A stretch of DNA of 64,000 bases from an uncultured Pseudomonadales bacterium (GCA_964625685.1 CAZVBO010000002.1:55440-119439); one strand, 5' to 3'. Shown: positions 29,221-38,641, counted from the first letter of the stretch. The notes: generated from the letters alone by a model not told the origin. Program-made: numbers and translations.

Positions 29221-30732
29221 ATGATCGTCGTTATCGACTTTGGTTCTCAAACAGCCCATTTAATTGGCCGAAGACTCAGACAGTTAGGTATTGCAGTTGA
29301 GTATCTTGATCCTGCAAATGCTTTGAAACAAATAAAAAGACTTAAACCCTCTGGAATTATTTTTTCAGGTGGACCAAATAGTGTTTATGATCAAGGTGCA
29401 CCTACCACTGATTCTCAAATTTTAGAATTAAACATACCAATCTTTGGAATTTGTTATGGGTGGCAATTGATGGCTCAGATTATGGGCGGAAAAGTAGAAA
29501 ATACAGCCAAAGAATATGGACCAGAAACTTTAACGTATCAGAAGAACATATTTAATTTACCTGAAGAGAGTCCCCAAGTCTTTATGTCGCACGGAGATAC
29601 GGTAACTCAATGTCCCCAGGGTTTTGTTGTAGTTGCTTCAACGAAGAGTGTCGAAAATGCGGCAGTTATCAATAATAAAAAACAGATGATAGGAGTTCAA
29701 TTTCATCCCGAAGTGGATCACACTGAATATGGTCTAGAAGTCTTGAGGCATTTTGCAGAAAAAATGTGTGGGGAAATCACTTCTGAGATGAAGCTTGATC
29801 CCCAAAGTATTATTGAAGAAATTAAAGCAAAAGTTGGAACCAAAAAAGTTATTTGTGCTGTATCGGGTGGAGTTGATTCCACAGTGGCTGCTTCTTTGAT
29901 TGGTAAAGCGATAGGAAAGAATCTAATTCCGGTCTATGTTGAGAGTGGGTTGATGCGCCCTGAGACCAAAGAACATGTCATTAAAATCTTTACAGAGCAA
30001 ATTCATGCCAGTTTGGTAGTGGTTGAAGCCAAAGATCGGTTTATGACGGCTTTAGCTGGTAAAGCTGATCCCGAAGAAAAACGAAAAATTATTGGCAAAC
30101 TCTACGTGGATATTTTTCAAGAAGAATCAGAAAAACATGCAGGGGTAGCCTTTTTAGGTCAGGGTACAATTTACTCTGATGTAATTGAATCAAAGGGCTC
30201 GAAAGAAGCTTCTAAAATTAAATCTCACCACAATGTGGGGGGATTGCCTGATGAGGTAAAGTTTGAGCTTCTGGAGCCTGTGAGAAATTTCTACAAAGAT
30301 GAAGTTAGAGAATTGGGACGATTAATAGGTTTACCTGAAGAGCTTGTCATGCAACAACCATTTCCCGGTCCTGGATATGCGATTCGAATCCGAGGTAAAG
30401 TTACTGAAGAAAGATTGCAGAAAGAAATTATCGCTGATGGAATTGTAGTTGATGAAATTAAAAAAGCAGGTTTATACGAGCAAGTTTTCCAATGCTTTGC
30501 TATTATGACTGGTGCCTATAGTACTGCGGTCAAGGGAGATGCACGGGCTTTTGCCGAAGTAGTGGCTGTACGAGCCTACGAATCAAAAGACGTGATGACT
30601 TCTCAGTGGGCAAATATTCCTTATGAAGTTTTACAAAAGATTTCAAGTCGAATAGTCAATGAAGTCCCTGATGTATCAAGAGTAGTTTACGATATTACGA
30701 CTAAACCACCGGCCACCATGGAGTGGGAGTAA
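29221..30732 (+). CDS. guaA: GMP synthase (glutamine-hydrolysing)
   Basis: GATase triad region (GICYGWQ, FHPEV), ATP-PPase loop CAVSGGVDSTV and the C-terminal PPATMEWE. Confidence 0.95.
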   Translation: MIVVIDFGSQTAHLIGRRLRQLGIAVEYLDPANALKQIKRLKPSGIIFSGGPNSVYDQGAPTTDSQILELNIPIFGICYGWQLMAQIMGGKVENTAKEYGPETLTYQKNIFNLPEESPQVFMSHGDTVTQCPQGFVVVASTKSVENAAVINNKKQMIGVQFHPEVDHTEYGLEVLRHFAEKMCGEITSEMKLDPQSIIEEIKAKVGTKKVICAVSGGVDSTVAASLIGKAIGKNLIPVYVESGLMRPETKEHVIKIFTEQIHASLVVVEAKDRFMTALAGKADPEEKRKIIGKLYVDIFQEESEKHAGVAFLGQGTIYSDVIESKGSKEASKIKSHHNVGGLPDEVKFELLEPVRNFYKDEVRELGRLIGLPEELVMQQPFPGPGYAIRIRGKVTEERLQKEIIADGIVVDEIKKAGLYEQVFQCFAIMTGAYSTAVKGDARAFAEVVAVRAYESKDVMTSQWANIPYEVLQKISSRIVNEVPDVSRVVYDITTKPPATMEWE

Positions 30733-30753
30733 AAAGTAAATAATTTGTAGCGG

Positions 30754-30926
30754 AAACATCTCGTTTTCGCTCCCAAGCAACTGAACCCTGTACTTTAGTA
30801 CAGGCGAAAAACCAAGCGAGCTAAAACAGAGTGGATGTTTTTTTTATAAAATTATGAAAAAGTGTAAGCAAAGTATCAATAATAGAAAAAGGTTTAACTA
30901 AACCCCCGTTCGCTGCGGGGGTTTTT
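30754..30926 (+). repeat. Copy B of the ~175-bp structured intergenic element
   Basis: See copy A. The outer stem is re-formed with a different 5' arm (aaacatc/gatgttt). The inner hairpin cctgtact..agtacagg carries a change that turns a G-U pair into a G-C pair relative to copy A. Confidence 0.85.
30900..30926 (+). terminator. GC-rich hairpin + T5 (terminator/attenuator) 13 nt upstream of the 30939 ATG
   Basis: The hairpin cccccg-ttcgctg-cggggg-ttttt is identical to the one in copy A. Confidence 0.7.
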
Positions 30927-30938
30927 AGTAAAGAAAAA

Positions 30939-31607
30939 ATGACAATTGAAATTAGACAAATTTTTGATGCCCAAGAACCTACAGAAATAGAATTAGCTTC
31001 TTTTGTCAGAGCCATTTGTGAGAACTTACAAAGATGTCCAGAGGAATTTGCACACATTGTTCGTCCCGTAAATACTCAGGATGAAGCAGAAGTGAAAGCT
31101 ATCGTGGCTTTAGTTCAGAGAAACTTCGGGGAACATCCCCACTATCAGATATCAGAGACAGAGGGAAATCATCCTCTTAATCAACGAGTAATCGCAAAAT
31201 ACAAAGAAGCAAATTCACTTAAGAACTTATGTGATTCTATGAATCAACCAAATGCCTTTCCCTTTCTGCTTGAACAAGATGGAGAAGTATTAGGGTTTAT
31301 ATTATGTAAAGTAGCAAATGATCAAACGTTAAGAGTTCATCGCTTACACACTTCACTTTCTGCTCCTGATAGGGGAGTGTTAGGAGCTGGCAAAGCTCTA
31401 CTCAATATGGCAGCAATGACGGCACGTAGACTAAATATTTCTACTTTAACTTCAACCGCTTCATATCCGGCAAAAGGATACTTTGAGCACTTAGGTTGGA
31501 GAGGTGAACTAGAACAGAATGAATTTCCTTTTGATGATGGGGAAACAGTAACTTTGACTCAATTTAGATGTTTTTTTGAAATACCAATAGACTTTGAAGG
31601 ATTTTGA
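30939..31607 (+). CDS. GNAT-family N-acetyltransferase-like protein
   Basis: RGVLGAGKALLNMAAMTARRL resembles the acetyl-CoA-binding motif R/Q-x-x-G-x-G/A, and YFEHLGW lies near the C-terminus. Confidence 0.55.
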   Translation: MTIEIRQIFDAQEPTEIELASFVRAICENLQRCPEEFAHIVRPVNTQDEAEVKAIVALVQRNFGEHPHYQISETEGNHPLNQRVIAKYKEANSLKNLCDSMNQPNAFPFLLEQDGEVLGFILCKVANDQTLRVHRLHTSLSAPDRGVLGAGKALLNMAAMTARRLNISTLTSTASYPAKGYFEHLGWRGELEQNEFPFDDGETVTLTQFRCFFEIPIDFEGF

Positions 31608-31608
31608 T

Positions 31609-31971
31609 ATGTCACTCTATACTAAATCAGCCCAACTACCACCTCAGAAAAAAGATGGTATTAGAATATGCATTATGAGAAGACCAGGTGATGAGATTCA
31701 ATGGGATATTTGGATTCCTCATTTAGCACCTTCTCATCAATTACTAACTGATTATCATCAAGGAAAAGTAGATTGGGATGGGTTTTGTGTTCAATTTCAA
31801 AAGGAAGTAATTAAAGATAAAAAAGAGTATCTTCAAGTTGTTATAGATTTAGCAAAACTTCACGATATTACACTTATTTGTTGGGAAGAGACCCCGGAAC
31901 GATGTCATCGGAGACTCATTGCTGAAGAGTGTAAAAAAATAAATACTTCTTTAGAGGTTGTTATCAAGTAA
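31609..31971 (+). CDS. DUF488-family protein
   Basis: LAPSHQLL...W..F...F and the C-terminal LICWEETPERCHRRLIAEE match the conserved DUF488 C..CHR signature. The ATG at 31609 lies 1 nt after the GNAT stop. Confidence 0.6.
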   Translation: MSLYTKSAQLPPQKKDGIRICIMRRPGDEIQWDIWIPHLAPSHQLLTDYHQGKVDWDGFCVQFQKEVIKDKKEYLQVVIDLAKLHDITLICWEETPERCHRRLIAEECKKINTSLEVVIK

Positions 31972-32774
31972 TGAGGAAGATAGAATCTTTCCCAGATCGT
32001 TTGATTATTGCTACAGGAAACCATCAAAAAGCTCGAGCTTATGAGCAATATCCATTTCCTTATATTGATACTTTAGATCCTGAAACAGACTGTGGTGTTG
32101 AAGAGTCACTCTCTTCTGATCCCAAAGAGGTAGCTTGGCAGAAGTCAAATATAGTAGTAGCTACGTTATTAGATTTATGGCCTAGTCAAAATAATTTTGT
32201 TGTTACAGGGAATGATGTAGCGGCTTTTTTTTCTACAACTTTTGAAGGTTTATTTAACTCTTTTCAACGAAAAGAATTAAAAAAGCTTATGCGGTACATA
32301 AGTAAACTTACCACAGATCGGGAACGGCAAAATTTTTTAGCGAGAAAACAAGAAGAAACACTCGTTATGTATTGCAATGGACAATTCCATTTTCGATGGA
32401 TAGTGGGCTTTTCAATTCAAGTTCCCAAAACAGATTTAAATATTACAGGTGAAGTTGATATTGTTGGTGTTTTTAATCCTTTAGCAGAATCTTTAGTTAT
32501 CCAGAGTTTTCAGGATAATAGTGCACTTCATATGAGTCCAAGAGTGCCTTTAGCTTTGGTGCTTGATCTATATGCTCATAAACTTTTTCGAAGAGAAGAG
32601 GATGGTTTACAACCAATTGATAATGCTACTGTCTATTCATTAGTGGTGAATGGAGTGTTACCATACAGTTCTTTTGAAGATTTGGTACTAAACAGGGAAA
32701 TTTTGGGTAAAACAAAAAATTATATAATAAAACCAATTCATTTAAGCACTGGGGAAAAACATGACATTGCATGA
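31971..32774 (+). CDS. Hypothetical protein, possible Maf/Ham1 (ITPase-like) superfamily nucleotide pyrophosphatase
   Basis: The N-terminal LIIATGNHQKARAYE resembles the ATGNxxK start of Ham1/RdgB. The rest is not recognisable. TAATG overlap with the upstream gene. Confidence 0.35.
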   Translation: MRKIESFPDRLIIATGNHQKARAYEQYPFPYIDTLDPETDCGVEESLSSDPKEVAWQKSNIVVATLLDLWPSQNNFVVTGNDVAAFFSTTFEGLFNSFQRKELKKLMRYISKLTTDRERQNFLARKQEETLVMYCNGQFHFRWIVGFSIQVPKTDLNITGEVDIVGVFNPLAESLVIQSFQDNSALHMSPRVPLALVLDLYAHKLFRREEDGLQPIDNATVYSLVVNGVLPYSSFEDLVLNREILGKTKNYIIKPIHLSTGEKHDIA

Positions 32775-33045
32775 TTTAGAAATTGCTCCTTACTCGTTAA
32801 GAGTCGATCAAGAAAAAAAGAGGAAAAGTGGCTGTGGTGTCTGATATATCACAGCTAGATCCAGATCATCAGGTTATTTGTTCGGATTGATCTTAGCCAG
32901 TATCGAGACGAAACGGAAATTTAGACTATGATTTGTGCGGGATTTCGCTCAGTAGAACCCGGATGTGAATCATCTCCCACAATGATACATCTTATCCAGA
33001 CTCTATCTGCGATGGTGGTATATCCTCAATCTGAGGAATCTGGTA

Positions 33046-33663
33046 ATGGTTAATTCTGAACAAACATATCCTAATATAGTTATTATGGGAAACGTTGCCT
33101 CAGGGAAAAGTACATTGCTCGAGGAGATAAATAATGATCCCCAAATTAAAACTATTGCCGCTGATGAATTATATCAGGACAATCCTTTCTTTAAGGGAGA
33201 TAAGTTTCAAGATCCCAAACGATGGTCATTTACTAGTAACACTTGGTTTTTACTTGAAAAGTTAAAAATATTGTCTGATATTGCAAAACTGACCAAATTT
33301 TCACCCGTACTTGTTGATAGCGGCTTTGAAATGTCATATGTATATGGATACTTTTGTTTACTGATGAATTATTATTCTCAAGAAGAATTTGATCTATTTG
33401 AAAAACTTTTTTTTGAACTTAGTTCATCTATAATGAAACCAACGTATATAGTCCGATTAATGACTCCAATTCCCTTACTCTTAGAGAGAATACGTAGGAG
33501 AGGAAGACAATATGAAATTGAAGCATACTCACTTACATATTTGATGAATTTAGAAGCAGCATTGGATTATACTGAAGGAGTATTTCCACAACATACCCCG
33601 GTTATTCAACTAGATTCCACTGAGGATAACCATGTTCTTATAAAGTCGTTACTCGGTATATAG
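33046..33663 (+). CDS. Deoxynucleoside kinase
   Basis: P-loop IMGNVASGKSTLL and the dNK LID motif ERIRRRGRQYE. Confidence 0.8.
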   Translation: MVNSEQTYPNIVIMGNVASGKSTLLEEINNDPQIKTIAADELYQDNPFFKGDKFQDPKRWSFTSNTWFLLEKLKILSDIAKLTKFSPVLVDSGFEMSYVYGYFCLLMNYYSQEEFDLFEKLFFELSSSIMKPTYIVRLMTPIPLLLERIRRRGRQYEIEAYSLTYLMNLEAALDYTEGVFPQHTPVIQLDSTEDNHVLIKSLLGI

Positions 33664-33712
33664 ATTTTGTTCAACTTTTTATCTCTTTTGCTAGTGCTAC
33701 AATCGTGTAGCT

Positions 33713-34552
33713 ATGGCGTCACCTGAGTTAAGACTTACACTTTCTGAAAAAAGACATCTGATTGAATGTTTAGGACCAGTAGGGGATAAGTTATGGCTAA
33801 AACTTCGTTTTGATGAAACTGGGGAGGTATTAGAAGTCACAAGTTTAAATCATACCTTAAAACAAATTTGGCAGTTACTCAAGAATACAACTGAATTTGA
33901 TGGTCTTACTTTTAATCAGCTAGTTTTACCCTATATTCAACAGATTTTACAAAATCCAAGAAGTTTTACAGCTCGATTAGATAGTCCCAAAATCAAAACT
34001 TCTTCCGCTCACCAAGGGGAAACGGTGTTAGAGCATTTGGTTAAAGTATTAGAACATTTGCCGACTGATTTCTTGCGCAAATTTCCCCAAAGTGAAATGG
34101 AAGTCCCTCTCAATCGACAGATTGCTTTATTGAGATTCTTAGCCATAGTACACGATCTGGGAAAGATTATTTTCATTTGTGGTAATGGTCATAATGGAAT
34201 TGGTGTTGCTCACGCTCAAGTTTCAGTTTTACTCCTAAAAGGAGTAACAGACAAACTCTCTTTGTCTGAAGTAGAAAAAGATTTTTTATATCGAGCGGTG
34301 TGGAAACACCATTTTTTTGAAAAGTTAAACTATGGTTTGGTTAGCATTGATGAAGTGTTGGCAGAATTTCCTCATGATCTTCGTCAGTTTCTCCTCTTAG
34401 CTTTTGCTGATCCTTTAAGTATTGCTGGTTATGCCCATTTGAGCATAGGGGTGATTGATCGTATGGCAGAACATGGGTTACTTTCTCCAGATGAAGTGAG
34501 TTTCTTTTTAGCTCGATTTTATGAAGTTCAAGATAAACGAGCTGGTTTCTAA
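33713..34552 (+). CDS. HD-domain phosphohydrolase-like protein
   Basis: H...HD signature (VLEHL ... LAIVHDLGK) with downstream His/Asp residues (WKHH, FADP). Confidence 0.55.
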   Translation: MASPELRLTLSEKRHLIECLGPVGDKLWLKLRFDETGEVLEVTSLNHTLKQIWQLLKNTTEFDGLTFNQLVLPYIQQILQNPRSFTARLDSPKIKTSSAHQGETVLEHLVKVLEHLPTDFLRKFPQSEMEVPLNRQIALLRFLAIVHDLGKIIFICGNGHNGIGVAHAQVSVLLLKGVTDKLSLSEVEKDFLYRAVWKHHFFEKLNYGLVSIDEVLAEFPHDLRQFLLLAFADPLSIAGYAHLSIGVIDRMAEHGLLSPDEVSFFLARFYEVQDKRAGF

Positions 34553-34615
34553 TTTCCCCCTAGCTTTTTTAACCAGATGTTGCTAGTTTGAGTGGGTAAT
34601 AAATAGTACTTCATT

Positions 34616-35326
34616 ATGAGTGTTAATACGGAATTTGATATTCGATCGGTAGAACTTCTCTCGAAAAAGCAACTCCCACCTGGGTTTGAAGTCTTGTACA
34701 CCTGGGAATTTATTCAGCAAAAAATTAATGAATTGGTAGAAACCTTTTTGCGAGAATATAGCGAAGCTCTTATTCTTGAAGAGTTAAATGACGGTACCAA
34801 AAAATATAAAAAAATAGTTTTAATTCAAATTTTAGAGAGTGCTAGACTATTTGCAGCTGACCTGGAGGATAGATTAGTTGCAAAAGGTTTTGAAGTTGAG
34901 GTTAAAGGAGTCAAGATTCAAAGTTATCATGAACAAGAGCAAGGTGAACTCGAATTTGTTGATGGCGAAGAAAATATTACTAATATGGACCCACAGGTAT
35001 TATATTTAATTGTAGATGACATGCTAGACAGCGGTAAAACCATGTTAGGTATTTTAGAGAAAATTAAAGAGTTAAATAAGGAAGTTTTAAGCCTAATTGC
35101 GGTAACCCTATTAAAGAAACCAGGAGCTAAAAATAGTATTGAATATCCTTACTTATCGGCTTTTGAAATGGAGGAAAATCGTTGGATAGGTGGGTATTGG
35201 ATAAATATTGCCATGCCATTGCTTTTTGGGATTATGGATGCACGTAACTATCGCGACATTATTGCCAAAATTAAAAATTTTGAATCGTCAGAGAATATTC
35301 CCGTTGCCGAAATAGATGCTGCGTGA
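34616..35326 (+). CDS. hpt: Hypoxanthine/guanine phosphoribosyltransferase-like protein
   Basis: PRPP loop LYLIVDDMLDSGKTM (HPRT-type D-x-x-D-[ST]-G-x-T) and flanking beta-strand patterns. Longer than the canonical HPRT. Confidence 0.65.
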   Translation: MSVNTEFDIRSVELLSKKQLPPGFEVLYTWEFIQQKINELVETFLREYSEALILEELNDGTKKYKKIVLIQILESARLFAADLEDRLVAKGFEVEVKGVKIQSYHEQEQGELEFVDGEENITNMDPQVLYLIVDDMLDSGKTMLGILEKIKELNKEVLSLIAVTLLKKPGAKNSIEYPYLSAFEMEENRWIGGYWINIAMPLLFGIMDARNYRDIIAKIKNFESSENIPVAEIDAA

Positions 35327-35457
35327 TACAACAATCACAGTGAATTTAAAAAAGAGTACCCATGATTAAATCCTATTTTTCTTTCCAATCTGCCTTTTCT
35401 ACTCTCTGATTTTCCTGATACATTGAAGTAATAAAAATGTAATTTTTAAGGAAAATC

Positions 35458-36771
35458 ATGTCACCAACCATCCAACAACTTATTCAACAAGAACAGCAAC
35501 GTCAAACCGAAAAAATCGGACTCATTCCTTCAGAAAATGCAACCTCTCCAGAGGTGTCTGAGGTTTTGTCCTCGTGTCTATCAAACAAATATGCCGAAGG
35601 ATACCCGAATAAGAGGTATTATGAAGGTAATCAGATTATTGACCAAATTGAACTTGAAGCCCAGGACAGAGTAAAAAAACTGTTCAAGGTTCCCTACGTC
35701 AATGTCCAACCGTATTCTGGAAGTCCTGCTAACTGGGCGATCTATTTTGCCCTAATGAAACCTGGAGATACCCTATTGGGTCTTAAATTGGCTGAGGGAG
35801 GACACTTAACTCACGGTCATCCAGATGTAACGGCTTCAGGACGGTTTTATCATTCAGTGCAATATGGCTTAAATACAGACTCTCGGATTGATTTTGACCA
35901 AGTCCGCCAGTTGGCTCATCAACATAAACCCAAAGTGATTGTGGCCGGAAATACAGCTTATCCATTTAAACTTGATTTTGAGCAGTTTCGCCAAATTGCC
36001 GATGAAGTAGGAGCTTGGTTGGTGGCGGATATTTCCCACGTCACGGGTCTAGTTATTGGTGGAGAACACCCTTCACCCGTTCCCTATGCAGATGTGGTGA
36101 TGACCACCACCCACAAAACTTTTCGAGGCCCACGAGGAGCTATGATTTTAGTAACAGATGTGGGGATGCAAAAAGACCCAAAACTGGGAGCCAAGATGGA
36201 TTCAGCTATTATTCCGGGTACGCAGGGAGGACCACACAATGCTACCACTGCTGCGATTGCGATTGCTGCTCAAGAGGCTCTGAAACCAGAATTTACAGAG
36301 TATGCCCAACAAATTCGGCGAAATGCTGATGCCTTGGCAGAGAGTTTACAAACTGAGGGATTAACCTTAGTCGGCGGTGGCACCGAAACCCATTTGATGC
36401 TAATTGATTTGTCTCAAAAAGGGTTTGGTTTGGGGAAACAGGTAGCTTTTGCGATGGATATGGCTGGTATCTATGCCAATGCTAATACGGTACCTCACGA
36501 ACCCAGTAGTCCTTTTTTCCCATCAGGCGTTAGAGTCGGCACACCTATGGTGACAACTCGCGGCATGAAAGAGGCGGAAATGAGACAAATTGGGCGATGG
36601 ATTGCTCAAGTGGTAAATCAGGTGGCTGAATTTAGCTTACCCGAAGATAAAAAAGCTCAAAAGAAATTTTTAACCGATTTTCAGACGCAAATGAAACAAG
36701 ATCAATTTTTGTTAAACATAGCGGCAGAGGTCAAACAATTGGCCACTCAATTTCCACTGTTTCAGTGGTAG
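35458..36771 (+). CDS. glyA: Serine hydroxymethyltransferase
   Basis: LIPSENATSPEV, NKYAEGYPNKRYYEG and the PLP-lysine region TTTHKTFRGPRG. Confidence 0.95.
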   Translation: MSPTIQQLIQQEQQRQTEKIGLIPSENATSPEVSEVLSSCLSNKYAEGYPNKRYYEGNQIIDQIELEAQDRVKKLFKVPYVNVQPYSGSPANWAIYFALMKPGDTLLGLKLAEGGHLTHGHPDVTASGRFYHSVQYGLNTDSRIDFDQVRQLAHQHKPKVIVAGNTAYPFKLDFEQFRQIADEVGAWLVADISHVTGLVIGGEHPSPVPYADVVMTTTHKTFRGPRGAMILVTDVGMQKDPKLGAKMDSAIIPGTQGGPHNATTAAIAIAAQEALKPEFTEYAQQIRRNADALAESLQTEGLTLVGGGTETHLMLIDLSQKGFGLGKQVAFAMDMAGIYANANTVPHEPSSPFFPSGVRVGTPMVTTRGMKEAEMRQIGRWIAQVVNQVAEFSLPEDKKAQKKFLTDFQTQMKQDQFLLNIAAEVKQLATQFPLFQW

Positions 36772-37482
36772 TTAGACGTGATGAGCCTCGATTAAGAACA
36801 AACCTTTGGCTTGTTGAAAGTGAATTTGTTTGCCTTTTTTCCAAAAGGTGAGTTGAAACTGATGATCTTCTAAAAATTTTTGGAGTTGAGCCAATTTCTG
36901 ACTGGGATGAGTGTGAAACTCAATCATCATAGACTGAATCTGGCTGACTTGGTCATGGAGGGACATCAACACTTTTTGCTCCATGCCTTCAATATCCAGT
37001 TTGAGAAAAATGAAGGGATTTTTGGTTTCTGCTTTAATTTTATTCAGGAAGAAAGACAAAGTTTGAGTAGTGACTGTTATATTTTCAGTTTGCTGTTCGC
37101 CGCTCCAAGCGTGAGGATGCAAACTAGCCGTGCTAAACCAATCAAATTCAGTATCAGCATGAAACTCAGCCTGGCCAGCGGTCTGAGCTAAAGCCACTTG
37201 ATAGGTTTCGACATTGTTCAGATTATTCTCCCAAATATTCTGTTCTAAAAGTTGATAGTTCACTGGGTGAGGTTCAATGGCAATGATCTTGGCCTGGGGA
37301 AACATTTTTTTAAAATAAACAGTAGATAAGCCTATATGTGCCCCAGCATCAATGACCCATAAATTTTCTGATTCAATATTAAGGTCATAGATTCGCTGAA
37401 TAAAGATTTCATTTTTGAGTTCATGAAATTCTTCTTGATTATGGTAGTGAATGGTGAAATTCTGAAGCTTAGTTGTTGGCAT
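36772..37482 (-). CDS. FkbM-family SAM-dependent methyltransferase
   Basis: VIDAGAHIGLSTVYF (SAM motif I of the FkbM type) and LKLDIEGME. It is the only minus-strand gene in this stretch. Confidence 0.7.
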   Translation of the reverse strand: MPTTKLQNFTIHYHNQEEFHELKNEIFIQRIYDLNIESENLWVIDAGAHIGLSTVYFKKMFPQAKIIAIEPHPVNYQLLEQNIWENNLNNVETYQVALAQTAGQAEFHADTEFDWFSTASLHPHAWSGEQQTENITVTTQTLSFFLNKIKAETKNPFIFLKLDIEGMEQKVLMSLHDQVSQIQSMMIEFHTHPSQKLAQLQKFLEDHQFQLTFWKKGKQIHFQQAKGLFLIEAHHV

Positions 37483-37519
37483 TGAGTAGGGTAATTATCT
37501 CACATGGGAAAAAACTTCT

Positions 37520-37680
37520 TAATCGTCATCGCGGATCGCGCCAAACGCGAGTCCAAGATCTTTAAAATTGGTTGACTTTGTTAAAGATTCCACCTGCCTG
37601 CGCAGGCAGGAACTCGAGCCAGACTCGATCTGGAATGACGTAGGACTGAGGATTTTTGGTCCGCCAATTGGCGGATTGGA
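37520..37680. repeat. Cluster of REP-like palindromic hairpins in the divergent FkbM/nfo intergenic region
   Basis: Perfect 18-nt palindrome cctgcctgcgcaggcagg (37593-37610), perfect 16-nt palindrome tccgccaattggcgga (37660-37675) and bulged hairpin ggatcgcg-ccaaa-cgcgagtcc. The string ctggaatgacg is shared with 43621-43630. Confidence 0.7.
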
Positions 37681-37734
37681 ATTTAGCCTCTATCGTGAGA
37701 CACTCTATAGTAAAGAAGTAGAAGAGAGTACAGT

Positions 37735-38625
37735 ATGAGAAAAATTGGTGGACATGTCTCAGCAAGTGGTGGTTTAGACAAAGCAGTTGATCGGGCCGCT
37801 GATATCGGGGCGAATTGTTTACAGCTTTTTTCGGGTAGTCCACGGGTGTGGGCTCGTAAGTCCTTATCAGAAATCAATACAGAAAAATTGTTCTCAAAAC
37901 AACAAAATTTAAGCGTCTCACCAATCATTACTCATTCTCTTTATTTGATTAATTTAGCTTCCGATAATGAGGCTTTGGTCGAAAAATCAATCAACGCCTT
38001 AATTTATGATATGAAGTTTGATGCACAAATTCAGGGAGCAGGGATTGTGGTACACGTGGGCAGTCATACGGGTCGAGGTTGGGAAGAAGTGAACCAAAAG
38101 GTCGTGGAACGAATTGGCCAAATCATTGACCAAAGTCCTCAGGAGGCAACCTTTTTAATCGAAAACTCGGCAGGACAAGGTGGAAAGTTGCATAGTGATC
38201 TGGAAGATATTCGGTGGACATTTGACCAATTACCTGAAATGGTTGAACAAGGAAGACTTGGTTGGTGTTTTGACACTTGTCATGGTTTTGCTAATGGCTA
38301 TCAACTGGGAGACTCTACACCCTCTATTTCAGACAAATCAAAACACGAATCAAAAGGTTTGGCCAGTGATAAAATTTCCGAATTGAATTTATGGTCAACT
38401 CTCAAGTGTATTCATGTCAATGACAGTAAGGATCCATTTGGTTCGGGTAGAGACCGGCATGAAAATATCGGCGATGGTCAAATTCCTCTCGAGGATTTAC
38501 AATACTTCCTCAATTTAGATCAGGTGACCGCAATTCCCCTCATTACCGAAGTTCCCGGTATTGATGGAAAAGGTCCAGATCAAGAAAATATTGAGCGAAT
38601 TAAAAAGTTAGTTGGTGAAACTTAA
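37735..38625 (+). CDS. nfo: Endonuclease IV (AP endonuclease)
   Basis: MRKIGGHVS start, HVGSH, IENSAGQG, CFDTCH and HVNDSK metal-site motifs. Confidence 0.88.
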   Translation: MRKIGGHVSASGGLDKAVDRAADIGANCLQLFSGSPRVWARKSLSEINTEKLFSKQQNLSVSPIITHSLYLINLASDNEALVEKSINALIYDMKFDAQIQGAGIVVHVGSHTGRGWEEVNQKVVERIGQIIDQSPQEATFLIENSAGQGGKLHSDLEDIRWTFDQLPEMVEQGRLGWCFDTCHGFANGYQLGDSTPSISDKSKHESKGLASDKISELNLWSTLKCIHVNDSKDPFGSGRDRHENIGDGQIPLEDLQYFLNLDQVTAIPLITEVPGIDGKGPDQENIERIKKLVGET

Positions 38626-38641
38626 ATTACATTCATAACCT

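Noticed and set aside
32928-33053. 41-codon ORF overlapping the deoxynucleoside kinase start, considered as a leader peptide
   Set aside because: No RBS, no compositional support and no codon pattern suggesting attenuation. It is mentioned only within the non-coding gap finding.
25433-36329. Alternative-frame ORFs inside well-supported genes (25433..25642, 27385..27630, 36015..36329 and similar short ORFs throughout the track)
   Set aside because: Each lies within a gene whose primary frame carries diagnostic family motifs (pyrD, pyrF, glyA and others).
37562-37928. Minus-strand ORFs 37562..37843 and 37683..37928
   Set aside because: They are read through the palindromic REP-like hairpins and antisense to nfo. 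This is the known kind of annotation artefact produced by such repeats.
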